The notes beneath the pieces were generated by a model that made no database searches, was not told the origin of the DNA, and saw only the letters and a program-made list of their open reading frames with translations. From contig CM082578.2 of assembly GCA_040954595.2 (NCBI GenBank), positions 18,246,728-18,310,727 on the forward strand: a DNA stretch of 64,000 nt, in the 5' to 3' direction. Every line of letters begins with the position of its first letter. Positions within the stretch are counted from its first letter, which is position 1. The stretch comes from Balanoglossus misakiensis. Its lineage: Eukaryota > Animalia > Hemichordata. Position numbers and translations under genes: made by a program. Below, piece after piece: positions 37,801 through 50,400 of this stretch.

Positions 37801-40800
37801 TGAAGTTGTTCTGGAGACGTGAAAAACAGTTGGTTCCATCCAGCCTTCGGCTCTGAACACAGAATTCCAGTCTGAAAGTGAACAAGCCGTGTACCCTATA
37901 TGTAAATGTAGCTCTTATATTATGAGCACATGTGAGTTCCCATTCTGGAAGGGTTCGTTTTTCAGGTTCAACTGACCACGATAATGTGAAATTTATTTAT
38001 TAAATTTTGGTTGGACAGATACCAGTCCATCTCAGATTTATTTTACTTATAGGAAAGTTTCCTCAGCCTAAAAAGCAACATTTTTGAGGGTGCTCTCCGG
38101 CAGAATGTATGAATCTATTGCACTGATGTGTTGATGTTGACCTCTGGTTCTTTGGCTGCAACCAGTGTACTGGCCTATGAAAGTCATGTGTGCTTATAAT
38201 ACGAGAAAACTTTGGTAACCAATATTTCCCTGCAGAAAATATTTTGGTGAAAGAAATGCAGCATAACATTATAATGCCATTGACATAAAACTTCAACAAG
38301 AAAACAAGTGAATTCTGTCAACAAGTGGAAATGCTGGTTGCGAAGTGTTAGTTTACATTTATGTATATCGTACATGTCCTTGGCTTGTGACATTTCAGTG
38401 CTGTCTGGAAATGTTTTTTTTTCTTGAAAAGTTTTAGAGTATGTGAGAATGTCTCTGACATGAAGTAGTTTCATTTGTAGCTGAATTGAAGAATGAATCA
38501 AGCACTACACACTGTAGAATCTGCACTGTAAGGCATACACTTTGTACATCACTGTAATGCTTGCGACACCGATATATGCCACCTGTAGCTCAGCTTTTGC
38601 GTAAAGTGCACCACCATTTGTCATTCTGCTGTCTAGATGGTAAAAAGACACCCTTGGATCGATCACCATCATCAGATGATGAGTTCATGTAGAATTGACA
38701 GATCAGAAGGATTTTAAATGTGGCTGTATAGTTTTACAGGGATAGTTGGTAATGACATTTTGGGTTGGTTTCTTGGAGCAGTTCAACTTGGTTGCAGTAA
38801 ACGGTATGACAGCATTCATCGGGGTACCGGCATGCAAACATGTATCAACGAACGGTGATTGAGTTGTACATCTTAAATGTTGAATCATGTATTCACACAG
38901 ACACACATACCATGTATACACATACACATACACATACATTCACACACACACATGTATACACACATATTTACACACACAAGGAGATACACACACAAGCATG
39001 CTGCATGCTAACACACATATGGTCACACACTCACACTTCATAGACTCAAGAATCGTATATTCACATACAAATGTAGTTACAACAACCTCCCTCATTTCAT
39101 GTCTTCATTAAAACCACTTAGCAAATTCATGCAAAATATTAACCCCCATGTTAACAACACAATAAACATCATAACAATCAAGCCTCGTCAAAAAATCCTT
39201 ACATGTATTTTATATACAACTGTAGAAGATAAAAGTTTACATATTAGAGGGTTAGCTGTAGTTATAGTCTTCAAGTACTGGAGACCGTGTTTTAAAGCAT
39301 GCATTTCCTGTTCCTTATTTTCTGTTATTTTTCCCATTCTCTTTGCTTCAACTAAAAAGGGTAACAGACCAGACTGTGATAACACTACTCAACAAATGCA
39401 GGCCATACCTGATCCATCTCAACTTACGAGGATGTGCCCATCTGAAAAAGCCCAGCTTCATTACAATCGGTGAGTTCATCAGAGTGAACAGTTGTATCAT
39501 TTCAAAAAAAGATTTAGACATTAAATTTGCACAGCACAAGCATTTTTTTTAGCTCAAATGAATTTGATATTTTTGAAGCAATCACAAGTAGACACATAGA
39601 CTGGTGTTGTTCCATCTACAAATGTACATGCAAATTACCACACATCTTTGATTTGACTCTGTTATATCCCTAAGAAATGAGGGATTAGTAGAAAAAACAC
39701 TATGGCACTGTAGTGGTAGTATAGGTATTCTGTTTTCAGAAATATTTGTTTCCACAGACCAGACTGCTCTGAAAATACACTTTAAAATATGACCGACTGT
39801 ATAATACTAACATTGCACACTGAATTTCAGGTCAATGCAAAAATCTTCAAGATCTCAACATCTCGGAATGTACTGGTGTCAATGACGATATGATGAGAGA
39901 CATTGCCGAAGGTTGCTCCACACTGCTGTACTTGAATCTGTCGCATACCCTCATCAGTGATGCTACTCTCCGAGTGCTTGCCAGGTAAGGATCAAGTTGT
40001 GAGTAATTATTTCAGTGTGAGTACCAGAATAGAAGTGAAATCTACTGCTTGTTTCATTTAGGCATATTTCCTCATTCTTACGATAGTATAGGATGCTGGC
40101 TATATGTTGTATAGTTAAGTACTTGTACTATATTCATGGTGGTTAGTTAAATACATGTCACCACATAATGTCCAGGTTCTGACAGAGCATTTCTGTTTAT
40201 TCCTGTGACTGTCTCAACACAGGTGCTGTACCAATTTACAATATTTAAGTCTGGCATACTGCAAGCGCTTCTCAGACAAGGGTCTGCAGTACTTGGCCAA
40301 TGGCAGGGGATGTCGCAAACTTGTCTATTTAGATCTGTCAGGATGTACGCAGGTAAGTTTGAAGCAAAGTCAATTATGTCGTGTCTTATTTTTGAGGCAA
40401 ACAGGGACCTTACTTTCGTATGCCACCATTACATGTATGTTACTGATCTAATATTCAAAGTTGTAAATATTGTGAAGCTGTATTGTGGCAGGGGTACTGT
40501 TGTGGAAATGGTCTTGAAGGTTGTCAAAAATGTTACCTCATCCTATATTTGACAGATTACAGTGGAGGGATTCAGGAACGTGTCACAGGGATGTTCCAAT
40601 CTACAATCAATTTACGTCAATGACAACAACACAATGCGAGATGAATGCATGGCTGCCATGACCACGAAATGTCACAACATCCGAGCTGTGTCATTGCTTG
40701 GTGCCCCTCACCTGGGTGATCCCATCTTCAAAGGATTGGCGGCCAACAGAAGACTACAGAGAATCAGAATAGAAGGTAAAAATTTATGTCAGTTTACTTT

Positions 40801-43214
40801 TTTGTGGGTTATATTATCCTGCTTATTTTATCAAGTGAGAACATTCAAGTCGATTCCCATGTAAATTAAAATATCAAATATTGCTTTCTGTAAATCTTAT
40901 GCTGAATTTGAAATTTATTTTTCAGCCAACAACCGAATATCAGATGTGGGAATCAAACATATGGCCAAGTACTGCCACGACCTACGCCATGTGTATCTGG
41001 CTGATTGCCCCAGACTAACTGATATATCATTGAAATCCCTGTCCACATGTAGAAATATCAATGTACTCAATGTTGCTGACTGCGTAAGGTAATTTGGTTG
41101 ACAAGTCTTTATTGAGGAAATTTGCAACTGTGATTGGTTCTTTCATATTGATCCCATGTCTTCTCTCCTGGTGTCTGTATAATTGTCATTAAAAAATTAC
41201 TTCTTGTTTGATCAGTACAGTGGCATTTAGCTGTCATTGGGACTGAAGTTTCTGTATGCAATCATCTTGAGACTGCCCCTTGGTATTTTGCTGTGTGTTC
41301 TGTGACCGCCACATACTAACGTGACTGCAACTGACATGTACGTGTGTATGCGCTTCTTTGCAGGATAAGTGACACTGGTGTGAGACAAATGGTTGAGGGC
41401 CCCTCAGGACCAAAGATCCGTGAAATGAATCTCACAAACTGTGTCAGAGTCAGCGATGTCTCTGTGCTCAGAATCATGCAGAAGTAGGTTGCATAACTAG
41501 TACTTGGTGTAATAATTCTACTGGTGGTGGCATTTTCAGCCTCAAGGATTTTTTTCCATATAAGAATTGCCAACATTTAAAAAAGTAACATAGGTCCACG
41601 TCTCATATAAGCAAATATGTTTTCACTTTTCAGATGTCACAACTTGACATACGCCAGTCTGTGTTTCTGTGAGCATATCACGGATGCTGGCGTAGAGTTA
41701 CTTGGAAGTATGCCATCACTCATGTCAGTGGATATCTCAGGATGTAGTGTCACAGACTCTGTAAGTCGTCTTATTTGAAATATTCTTTTATCACACGTAC
41801 ATGATTCTGGTTGAATAGGCTTTTGTATCTAGCACATACATGAAGCCATGGGTAACTACATTTTGACCCCAGATTGAATGTTTATATAAACCACTTGTCC
41901 TGGGGCTGAAATCTTGAATGCAAGTCACCTGCACTGTCTTGACTGTATTAAAATTCTTACCATGCAAACCTTGACTGCAAGCTAAAACTACCAGTACCTG
42001 ACCTGAAGTTGATCTTGGTGCAAATCCCCAATCATCACCTGGATCTTGCCCTTGAGCACTATGTCCACTTTCTATCAGGGTTTGGCATCATTGGGTAACA
42101 ACCCAAGACTTCTAGACGTCACCATAGCCGAGTGTTTCCAGATCACAGACCTCGGCATCCAGAAATTTGCCCAGCAGTGTCGGGACTTGGAACGCCTGGA
42201 TGTGTCTCACTGCTCCAATCTGACAGACAGTGCCATCAAAAACTTAGCATTCTGCTGTCGTCGTCTGGTAGTGCTCAATCTCACCGGCTGTTACTTGGTA
42301 AGTTTTGATCTGTGTGTGGTTAACTGGGATAGCAGACATGATCATGGATGAAGCTGCTTTTGGGGTCATCATGTTGTGGTAGTGAACGTTTATAATGTAT
42401 CAGGGATGATACATTTTTGATGTGTATAGGAAGTGCAGTAGTCTCTGTGATGGGTTTGATGAACTTGGAACCTTTCAATCACAGACAGCACTTAATACTG
42501 TTACTTCAAACCATTGTACAGTGGACTAAAGGTATGTAGGATGTGTGGAAATCAAAATTTATTTTCAGTTTTATTTTGCAGCATAGTTTTTATATCATCC
42601 ACAATGAAAGGATTTTGGATCCCCATGTTAGTCAACCATTTCAGACTTGATTTTCTGATGTGATACGTCTCTTCAAGTGTGTGAAGTGTCCAATACCTCG
42701 AAATTTTACAACCGATATGCCACTTCCTTTCATGGTTGAAGCGTTACACAGTTTTGGCCTAACAATTTTTTTTTCTGATTTGGTTTCAGCTTACGGACTT
42801 GAGCATCCAGTACCTATCTGGGGTTTGTCACTACCTGCATAGCTTAGATATCTCTGGGTGTGTGCATGTAAGTGATAAGTCCTTGAGGTATTTGCGCAAG
42901 GGATGTAAGCGTATGAGAGTACTCATCATGTTGTACTGCAGAAATGTCTCCAAGTAAGTCAGCTTTAAATATGTTTTTTTTTTTTCACTTTTGTCATGTT
43001 TACCCCCCCCCCCCCTCCCAATCACCAGTTGTGCCAACTACAAAGTTTGTTTTTGTTATTTCTTCTCCAACCCTCCAGGACAGCGTTTCAGAAACTGCAA
43101 GGCAAGATCAAGTCAGTCACTTGGAACAATGATGACCCTCCCACATACTTCTTCCGCAAACCATCGAAAACACAAGTAAAGAATCCAGAAATAGCTGGTT
43201 CCGGCACTGGATAA
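28154..43214 (+). CDS. FBXL13: F-box/LRR-repeat protein 13 (dynein regulatory complex subunit 6-like), 797 aa, 19 constitutive coding exons
   Basis: Exons: 28154-28228, 28925-29046, 29338-29434, 32063-32130, 32343-32497, 32764-32873, 34905-35006, 35370-35465, 35811-35836, 39360-39469, 39831-39984, 40223-40352, 40556-40775, 40926-41088, 41364-41483, 41634-41760, 42079-42297, 42790-42953, 43079-43214 (2394 nt, open frame). F-box DISMLPRKAAVKIFSFVDISDLGRCAMVCRSWKMITMTSSLW; Cys-containing LRRs (NLQYLSLAYCKRFSDKGLQYLANGRGCRKLVYLDLSGCTQITVEGF; GPSGPKIREMNLTNCVRVSD); C-terminal WNNDDPP. All closely resemble recalled vertebrate FBXL13. Confidence 0.93.
28777..28843 (+). repeat. (GAT)n microsatellite
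   Basis: ~21 gat units in FBXL13 intron 1. Confidence 0.95.
35176..35260. mobile_element. Tiny piggyBac-like MITE (85 bp)
   Basis: TTAA(35172-35175)|CCCT...AGGG|TTAA(35261-35264) with imperfect terminal inverted repeats ccctcttacccc / gggtagtgaaaggg. Confidence 0.55.
38890..39040 (+). repeat. Degenerate CA-rich low-complexity repeat
   Basis: acacacatac / atacacacat runs; source of the His/Thr-rich spurious ORFs. Confidence 0.8.
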
Positions 43215-45567
43215 CAGGCACAATGATTCTTGTGCTAATGGAATTCTGAATGATGAAATATGACATCCACCTAGAAAAGCAATTTTAATGTTACTTGGTA
43301 GTATTCATACCATCCAATCAAATAATAGCCAAATTAATGTGTATATTTTGGTGATTTCTATAAAAATTCAATGGCATATTGTTACCATATATGAATTTTA
43401 TGCAAATGCAATGTGCCAATATTATCCTTTTCCCTTTGTGGAACTGCCAATAATCTGTAAATATAGAAATTGTTTTTTATAAGTGATATTTAAATAGTTA
43501 TTTTTTTTAAACTGTTATTCCACATTGTGCCAACTAGTTTTAGACCCTCATCGTAGATAAACCATTCTGCAGTGCAGTATGGAATATGGGCTAGCTGCCA
43601 GTGCTTTTTGCAAAGCATAGAGGGACCAAAGTTTGCATTCATCTGCAGGGAGGTGTCAAATGTGGGACGAGTAATTCCGCAATTGTACTTGTACAACAGA
43701 ATTCACTTCTCTGTTGAATTCAGATCCAAGTGAACATTTATTTGTCACCTTTTCACCAACGAACTTTGTGGTTCAGTTCTGTTGTTTGTGCTGGCATGGC
43801 TCAACCAACACAAAACAGGACAGATGGTTGAAAGGCCTGTCTGTCTGTCAGTGTTGCGTGCCAAATGAACCTCAAGATTTGGTGATGAGTGGTGACTAGA
43901 GATAGACAGGACAACTGGAACTGTACTCTCTCTGTTTGCAAGTCTCAAGTACAGTAATTTCAGGATATCTCAAGTAATCTCAGATAATCTCTGCTTGCTG
44001 TAGCTTCAATTAAAAGTAACATTATGGGGGCTTGGATATGAGAACTTTTAAACATTTCTTTTGAAATGAAACTGTACATTTCCTGTTGGTACTAAGGTTG
44101 TAACCTTTCAGTAATGAACGTTAATCTTAGCTAGTACCCTTTGCTTTTCATCAAATGGAATATTCCCATTGCTTTCTGCTACAAGTTGGTTCATAACAGG
44201 GAGATAAAGGGCATAGAACTAAGGTTGAAAGTCTGTCTCTGCTCTTAAAAGTCTTAATACATGTATTCTTAAAATACATGATCTGCTGTGTGATCGACAT
44301 CTTTTCACTGTCTCATGAATTAAGCGCTTGTAAAAACCATACGAAGATTGTATACAACAGTGACGGTTGTAGACTTGGCCATGCTGTTACTATACAATAC
44401 AGACTGTGTTGTGTGCACTGAGTACCTGTGCATTGACACCAATGTGTACAACTGAAGCGCACTTCAGTCTCAGAGAATTTATTTTTGTATAAAAACAGCA
44501 AGGTGTTCCCCCCACAAACAGATGTACAGGTTGTATACAATGATTACATCTCTTGCAACAACTACATCAGCTCTATTTCTCTTTCTCTACAATTGCTAAA
44601 CTGCAGTCACTGCTGTGACAGAGCTATATCTCTTGCTTTAGTTCATTTGCAGATTACTTAGCGTGTGTATGCGTGCATATCCATGCGTGTACAGGAAACA
44701 CATGTTTTGATACTACTCATCCTTGTCTTGGGAGCATTGACTCTTAATATGTATTTATTAATATGTACTGAATTGCACAGGCTAACAAATGCGTGTGTTG
44801 CCATAATCCTTCCTGAGAGTGGATCAACCTTCTTTTAAATAGTTACAGATTCTGTCAAAATCTTAAATGGCTGACGTCAACAGTAACATCACAGCAGTGC
44901 AGTTTGCTGAGATGACACATGCTGGGTAGTCCTCAAATGTAGAAAGTCAACATCCAACAGAAAGAGTACAGTTTCAATATGATATGTTATACCCCCTGGT
45001 ACATGACACCACGGTACAAAGTCACAGGGTCCTGTGTGTTACTACAGAGAGATGAAGTCATTGCATCACTCCTAATGTAGCACACTCTGTTTTCAACCTT
45101 CTGCCAAAGATGGGTATGCAAAGGTTTAATTGAAAAAAATAATTTCATGTTTTCAAAAAGCAGGAACTGTAGGGAAATAATTCTGTCTGCCATCACAGAG
45201 ACTAAGGCAATTGTTTTTCCTCAGTCATAAAGTTCATTGAAAAAAAAAAAGATTTGTTTAAAGTTGGTCAGAATTTTTGTTGTTGTTGGTATTTTGAAAC
45301 TTTCTGTAAATATTGCTAATATTTTTTTCAGAAATCTTAAAAACAATTCTGTTATAGTAAATTAATTTCATCTGATGTTGTTTACACTCTCTGAAAACAT
45401 TATTTTAATTGCACCTATTTGTCAATTTGCAAACCCATATGCCTATGTGAATAATCATGCATGAACTGTGATAGAGGGCGTCTGTCCATTGAGTTTTGCG
45501 AGTGCAAGTGTGGCGATATAGATTTCAGGCTACAGTTACAAAATCATATCCTTTGGAGAAAGTGATT

Positions 45568-45573
45568 AATAAA
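45568..45573 (+). terminator. Candidate FBXL13 polyadenylation signal AATAAA
   Basis: AATAAA 2.35 kb after the FBXL13 stop, at the end of a T-rich UTR-like tract. Confidence 0.55.
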
Positions 45574-45605
45574 AATCAAAGCCGAACAATTTTCATACAT
45601 AATAT

Positions 45606-45611
45606 TTTATT
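45606..45611 (-). terminator. Candidate polyadenylation signal of the membrane DD3-3-like gene
   Basis: tttatt (AATAAA on minus strand) 1.85 kb after its stop; base skew flips here. Confidence 0.55.
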
Positions 45612-46466
45612 ATTTACAAATCTTTAATAATTCTGACCAGCAGAAAAAACATCCCAAAGTACAAATATCTGTATTTTCTTCCAATACTAGAATGTTCAAA
45701 GTTACCAAAATATGCTGAGACAGGAAAAGCATTGGACATTAAATGAATGCAGTCACAATAGTTAATAATTTATATAATGTTATCCAAAATATATAAAAAT
45801 TAGTAAATTAACACTAAATTATAACCATACTACTGTAGAGTTAGTAATGTAAAAAATCTATCTTATTTTGAAAAAAAATACAGCAAAGAATTACTATAAT
45901 TGCTGTGGGCAATTTTTGAATAGAAAGTTTGAACACGGTGTCTATTCAAGAAACATATGGTTTCCAATTCTTTGTAATATGTTATGTTCACAGATATTGT
46001 TGCGAGAGTTTATATAACAGCATTGGTATCTGATAGAGATAGTGGAGATATGAGTACCCTTTTTAAGTCTTATGTAGGGGTGTGTCTTCAAAACTTTGCC
46101 GTATTGAATCAAAGTGTCTCTGTTTGATGGACCTTGATGTTGTGACAAAACTGAACAACAATTGCATGCTTATTCTGATATTTCAGTCAGTCACAACTCA
46201 ATCTGATTACTAAAATCAGCTGCACAGATAGGCACAGGCGCCTATTTATCTCTGCAATTGATTTATAACAGATCGGTTGTCATAACTTTACAGGTACTTA
46301 ATTCTAGATTCATTGCTTTTTTGCGTAGTATTTTGTACATTCAAAAGTTCAACTAGTGAAGTGAGCTTCTCTTTGGATAAAAATGTTCAATAACAGCACA
46401 CATAGTTTTGCTCACTGAAAATGTATAAAAATAACTATTTGAGATATTGACAATTTTTAATGTTAA

Positions 46467-47058
46467 AGCCCCAGTATTTCTCGTGTGTATCCATTTTTCA
46501 TCATCGAAAAATGCCCGTTTTTCCTGTACATTCATCATGGAATACTACATAATGAAGATAGAAGAAAGGTTTGGGCAACTGTAGCTACGTGCAAGCTGTA
46601 AATATTGCCCGTAACACTTGAAATGGTGCGCGGGTTTGTTTACAACGGAAATGTTGTACATGTCGATCAGCAAACGTGCCACTTTGACATTTGATGGTCA
46701 GACCATTTTCGGATTTGATCTGGTTCCATCGACTGATTTCTCCCATAAAGTTATCTTCCCAAAATTTCGCCGAATTAGTGCGCATTTCTTCGCTGAGTCG
46801 CTTGATTTGGGGCGACCAAACCTCTTCCGCATAGATTCACATTGGAGTGCGCATGCGCACTAGTCACGTGTGTCAACAAAGCCTGACTTTCTGTCCGGAC
46901 AGAAAGTCATTCTTCACTCGTTATATTGTAAATTGTATGAGTTTATGAGCAGAGCTGGGGATGATGACTGTTCGATTCAGTATCAATTATCATCTACTTT
47001 TAGAAATTATAGATGCCGTTTCAAACAAAATTTTGCCCCTACGAGAAATACTGAGGCT
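46467..47058. mobile_element. Non-autonomous DNA transposon (Kolobok-type MITE), 592 bp
   Basis: TTAA target duplication (46463-46466, 47059-47062); 18-bp TIRs agccccagtatttctcgt / acgagaaatactgaggct with 1 mismatch. AG...CT termini with TTAA fit Kolobok rather than piggyBac (CCY). Interior is CpG-rich relative to flanks and has no transposase ORF. Confidence 0.85.
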
Positions 47059-47454
47059 TTAATAAAAATGCAATGTCCTGTATCAAAATTATCAAAAGAC
47101 ACTTATTAGACACAACTGTCATTCTACAACTATAAATATGCATCCTAAAAAATATAGTTTGGTCCTGATATTTGAAAGGCACGTTGCAATTTTTGGGGGT
47201 GCATGTAAGAAATAAAACAGATTTCTGGTCAGCCTCTGAGATTTCCGATCAAATACAGTAAACTGTGTTCTGAATTTGGCTTTGCTCACATTAGCACCTG
47301 CATTGGAAATATATTGCTGAACATTGACACTTTGGCAGCAAAGTTGTTTCAAAGACAAATTGAGAGTCATTGTGTTTGTAGCTCTGGGATATTGGCTCCC
47401 ATGCAGAAAACATTGTTAGAAATGTACTTGTGTGTTTCTTTATAAGTTTGTGCT

Positions 47455-50400
47455 CTAAACTTTGCTCTGTGTGGATTTCTTGGCGTAAGAACATTTGCCT
47501 TTCATGCTGTCCCAATGGTCTGGGTGTCTGCGGAAATAGGTGATGGTGCCAACGATTATGATAACCACAGCAAGGCAACCAACAACAATGCCAACAATGG
47601 CAACGACATCAGGCTCTGTACGTGCCACGTAGACTCCGCCCATGTCCGTTTCAAACGTCACTTCGTTGCCGACCATCTGAGCTCGGACGCGGTGCCACGA
47701 GGCGAAGTCCTCACTGTTGGTGCGGTATATAGAGACAGAATCGGTCGAGGGCATGGTTATTGCCATTTTCATGGCAAAAACCTTGTCGTCGGGCGTCAAC
47801 TTCTGCTGGGGGTGCAGTACGATGTAGTCGCTGGCGTAGCTGGAGCCGACAGAGATCTTTCTTCCGGCGGCCGCTAAGGCTGCCTCTCCCTGCTCGACCG
47901 ACCAGACTTCAAGTTGTAGTTTCTGCAGTTCTTCAAACGTGTCTCTCTCTATCGTGACACTGGCAACACTAAAAACACAACAAAACAGAATGATTATGAG
48001 AAACGTTTAAAAAACCATGACAATGGACTTTGTTTTGTCCTTCAGTGAACTCTAGTTGACTGAAATTAAAATGTAACTTAATTTGATGGACTAAAAACTG
48101 ATGATTCTGTTTAATTAGAGAGGTGAAAATTATTATTGGCCAATCGCAAAATAGCTAACCAGTGACAGAGTGCATGACTACATCAATCTCAATTCGATCA
48201 AACAACATGATCACTCTCTCATGAAAAAAAACCCCAGCAAGATGCTTACTCATTTTGTGCAGTCAAATTTCCGCCATTCCATCCAATGGCAGCAGCAGCA
48301 ATCTGCTGATCAACGACAGACAATCGACCTTTCTGGCTGCGATTGGAGAAGTTGTTGTTGCGGGTACACATGTAGTGGTAATGGCCGGACTGGGTGACTT
48401 TCCTCGGTCCCAGATCAAAGTACGTGCCAGCATCATCCAACTCAGACAATTCTCCCCGGAACTGATCTGTTTTGGGAAGAGTCAGAAACAGTCACAACAT
48501 GCAAGTGTCTACAGCTTTTCAACCTGGTTTATTGCATCAATACTGTTATGATCTAAGCTGTTCCAAGGTATTGCAAATTCTGTGAATAAAATCATTCGTG
48601 TCCGTGTAAGGTAATATGCTGTAGGCAAATATTCACATCTGGAGATGAAAATGTTGGACAAATATTGAAGCTAGAAGTATTGTTTGAAATTAGCTTACTG
48701 GGATTAAGGGTAGCAAGATTAACCAGGTCATCTCGGCTAAATCCAGCCAAAGTCACATTATCTAAATGCATGGGATAATTCAAGCCATAGTGACCGTGCT
48801 TCGAGTAGGGTTGGTACGGGTCCAATCCCAGGCCTTCTGGGAAGAGCTGCTCTCCAAGTAAGACCATGTTAGATCGGTCTGTTCCTGCCAGACCCTGTCC
48901 ATCATTGCCGTTGTTGTTGGTATTGGATCCCGTCCATCTGGGGGGGGGGGGGGGGGGGGAGAGGTAGAGGTAAGGATCAGTACATTTCCAGTAGAGTTTC
49001 ATGCACATTGGAGAAAACATTAAGGAGAAAGACGTGAAAATATGCGAGCTTGTATTCATGCTGAGTTTGACTGGATAGCACTATTCTTTGAAGCTGATTA
49101 CACTGGAAAGCAGAAGATAATCCAATGCATTCCTACATCGTTAACTTGATTATTGTGAGAGACCATGCACCATTTCACCAAAACAAAAGCTTGAAAAGGG
49201 TAAAATCCTCTATCTATAGCAACTGAACTAACCGAAATCATGTCAAGAGTGAGCAATTTTGTCCCCTAAACCCTTTCAGCCAAAAGTCAACTTAACTGTT
49301 AGAAACAAGTCACATGACTTCAATAGCTGATTATGGCTAACATCAAAAAAGTGACACCGTGGACATAAACATTTCACAGACTTACTGGATGTGTACATAG
49401 TCTCCATTGGACACCCTCAGAGTGTTTGGTGCAAAGTCATACTCCACCGATGGATACACTTGTACAATATTTCCTCTCTTACCCCGCACATTCAAATTAT
49501 GGATGTTACCTTTGGCAAACTCTGCTGGTCTTTCTCGGATGGCAAAACTGTGAGATCTGTGTTGGAGGACGATAACAAGTCAGAGTCATAATCAGTCATT
49601 TGATTCGTAAGCTTTAAAATGATTTGTGGAATTGAAACTGCTGTAATCTTTTACTTTTGAACCAAATAATTATGTGACCTGACCTGTCCTGGAACGTTCT
49701 TCCGTACTGGTTGGTATTGACAGCCAACTGAAGGGCAAAATCTTTGTCGTCTCCAAATTCACTGAATATCTTCACCTGGGGATTTTGTTCAAATATGTAT
49801 CCTCTGTCCTCCGCTTCAGTTCTGCTCGGTAATCCCAGTCTGGAAGGAAAAATATGAATTTAGGAAACATGCACGGTCAGGATTCACCTCATAAATATGT
49901 GTGTTGCCATGACTATATATCCTTGGGAAGTGATGAGAAAATGATGAGAAGAAAATTGAGAAGAGGGGTTGAGGATGGACACACACATACTCATTTCTTG
50001 CCAGATGCAATTGTAAAAGACAGAGCATATTACCTGCTATGGATATCCAAGGTACTTTCTTTGTTTCCCTGCTTATTTAGACTTGAATTCACGGCCGGAT
50101 CCCAACCATCAAACTCACCAGTGGAAATGTTGTACCTACATTCAGCATAAATTGTTTTAGAAAGTTACTTCAAATACCGTACATTGTATGGTTTTAAAAA
50201 TCAGAAGACGCCTGTTTTTAGTGCGGGGAGTTTTGAGTGACTGAATTACCATTACCTAATTCTCAGCGCACAATGTTCATGATTGATCTTTTCAGGTATT
50301 GTCCAGTTGAAGGTATTTGGGTAGCCCCCTTCTCCGTTGCCAAGGTGATTATCCCGGGTGTGCTCCGTTTCTTGACAAATTGGTGCCGGTATTCCGTGTG

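Noticed and set aside
47515-47877. 120-aa plus-strand ORF
   Set aside because: Antisense shadow of the last DD3-3 exon.
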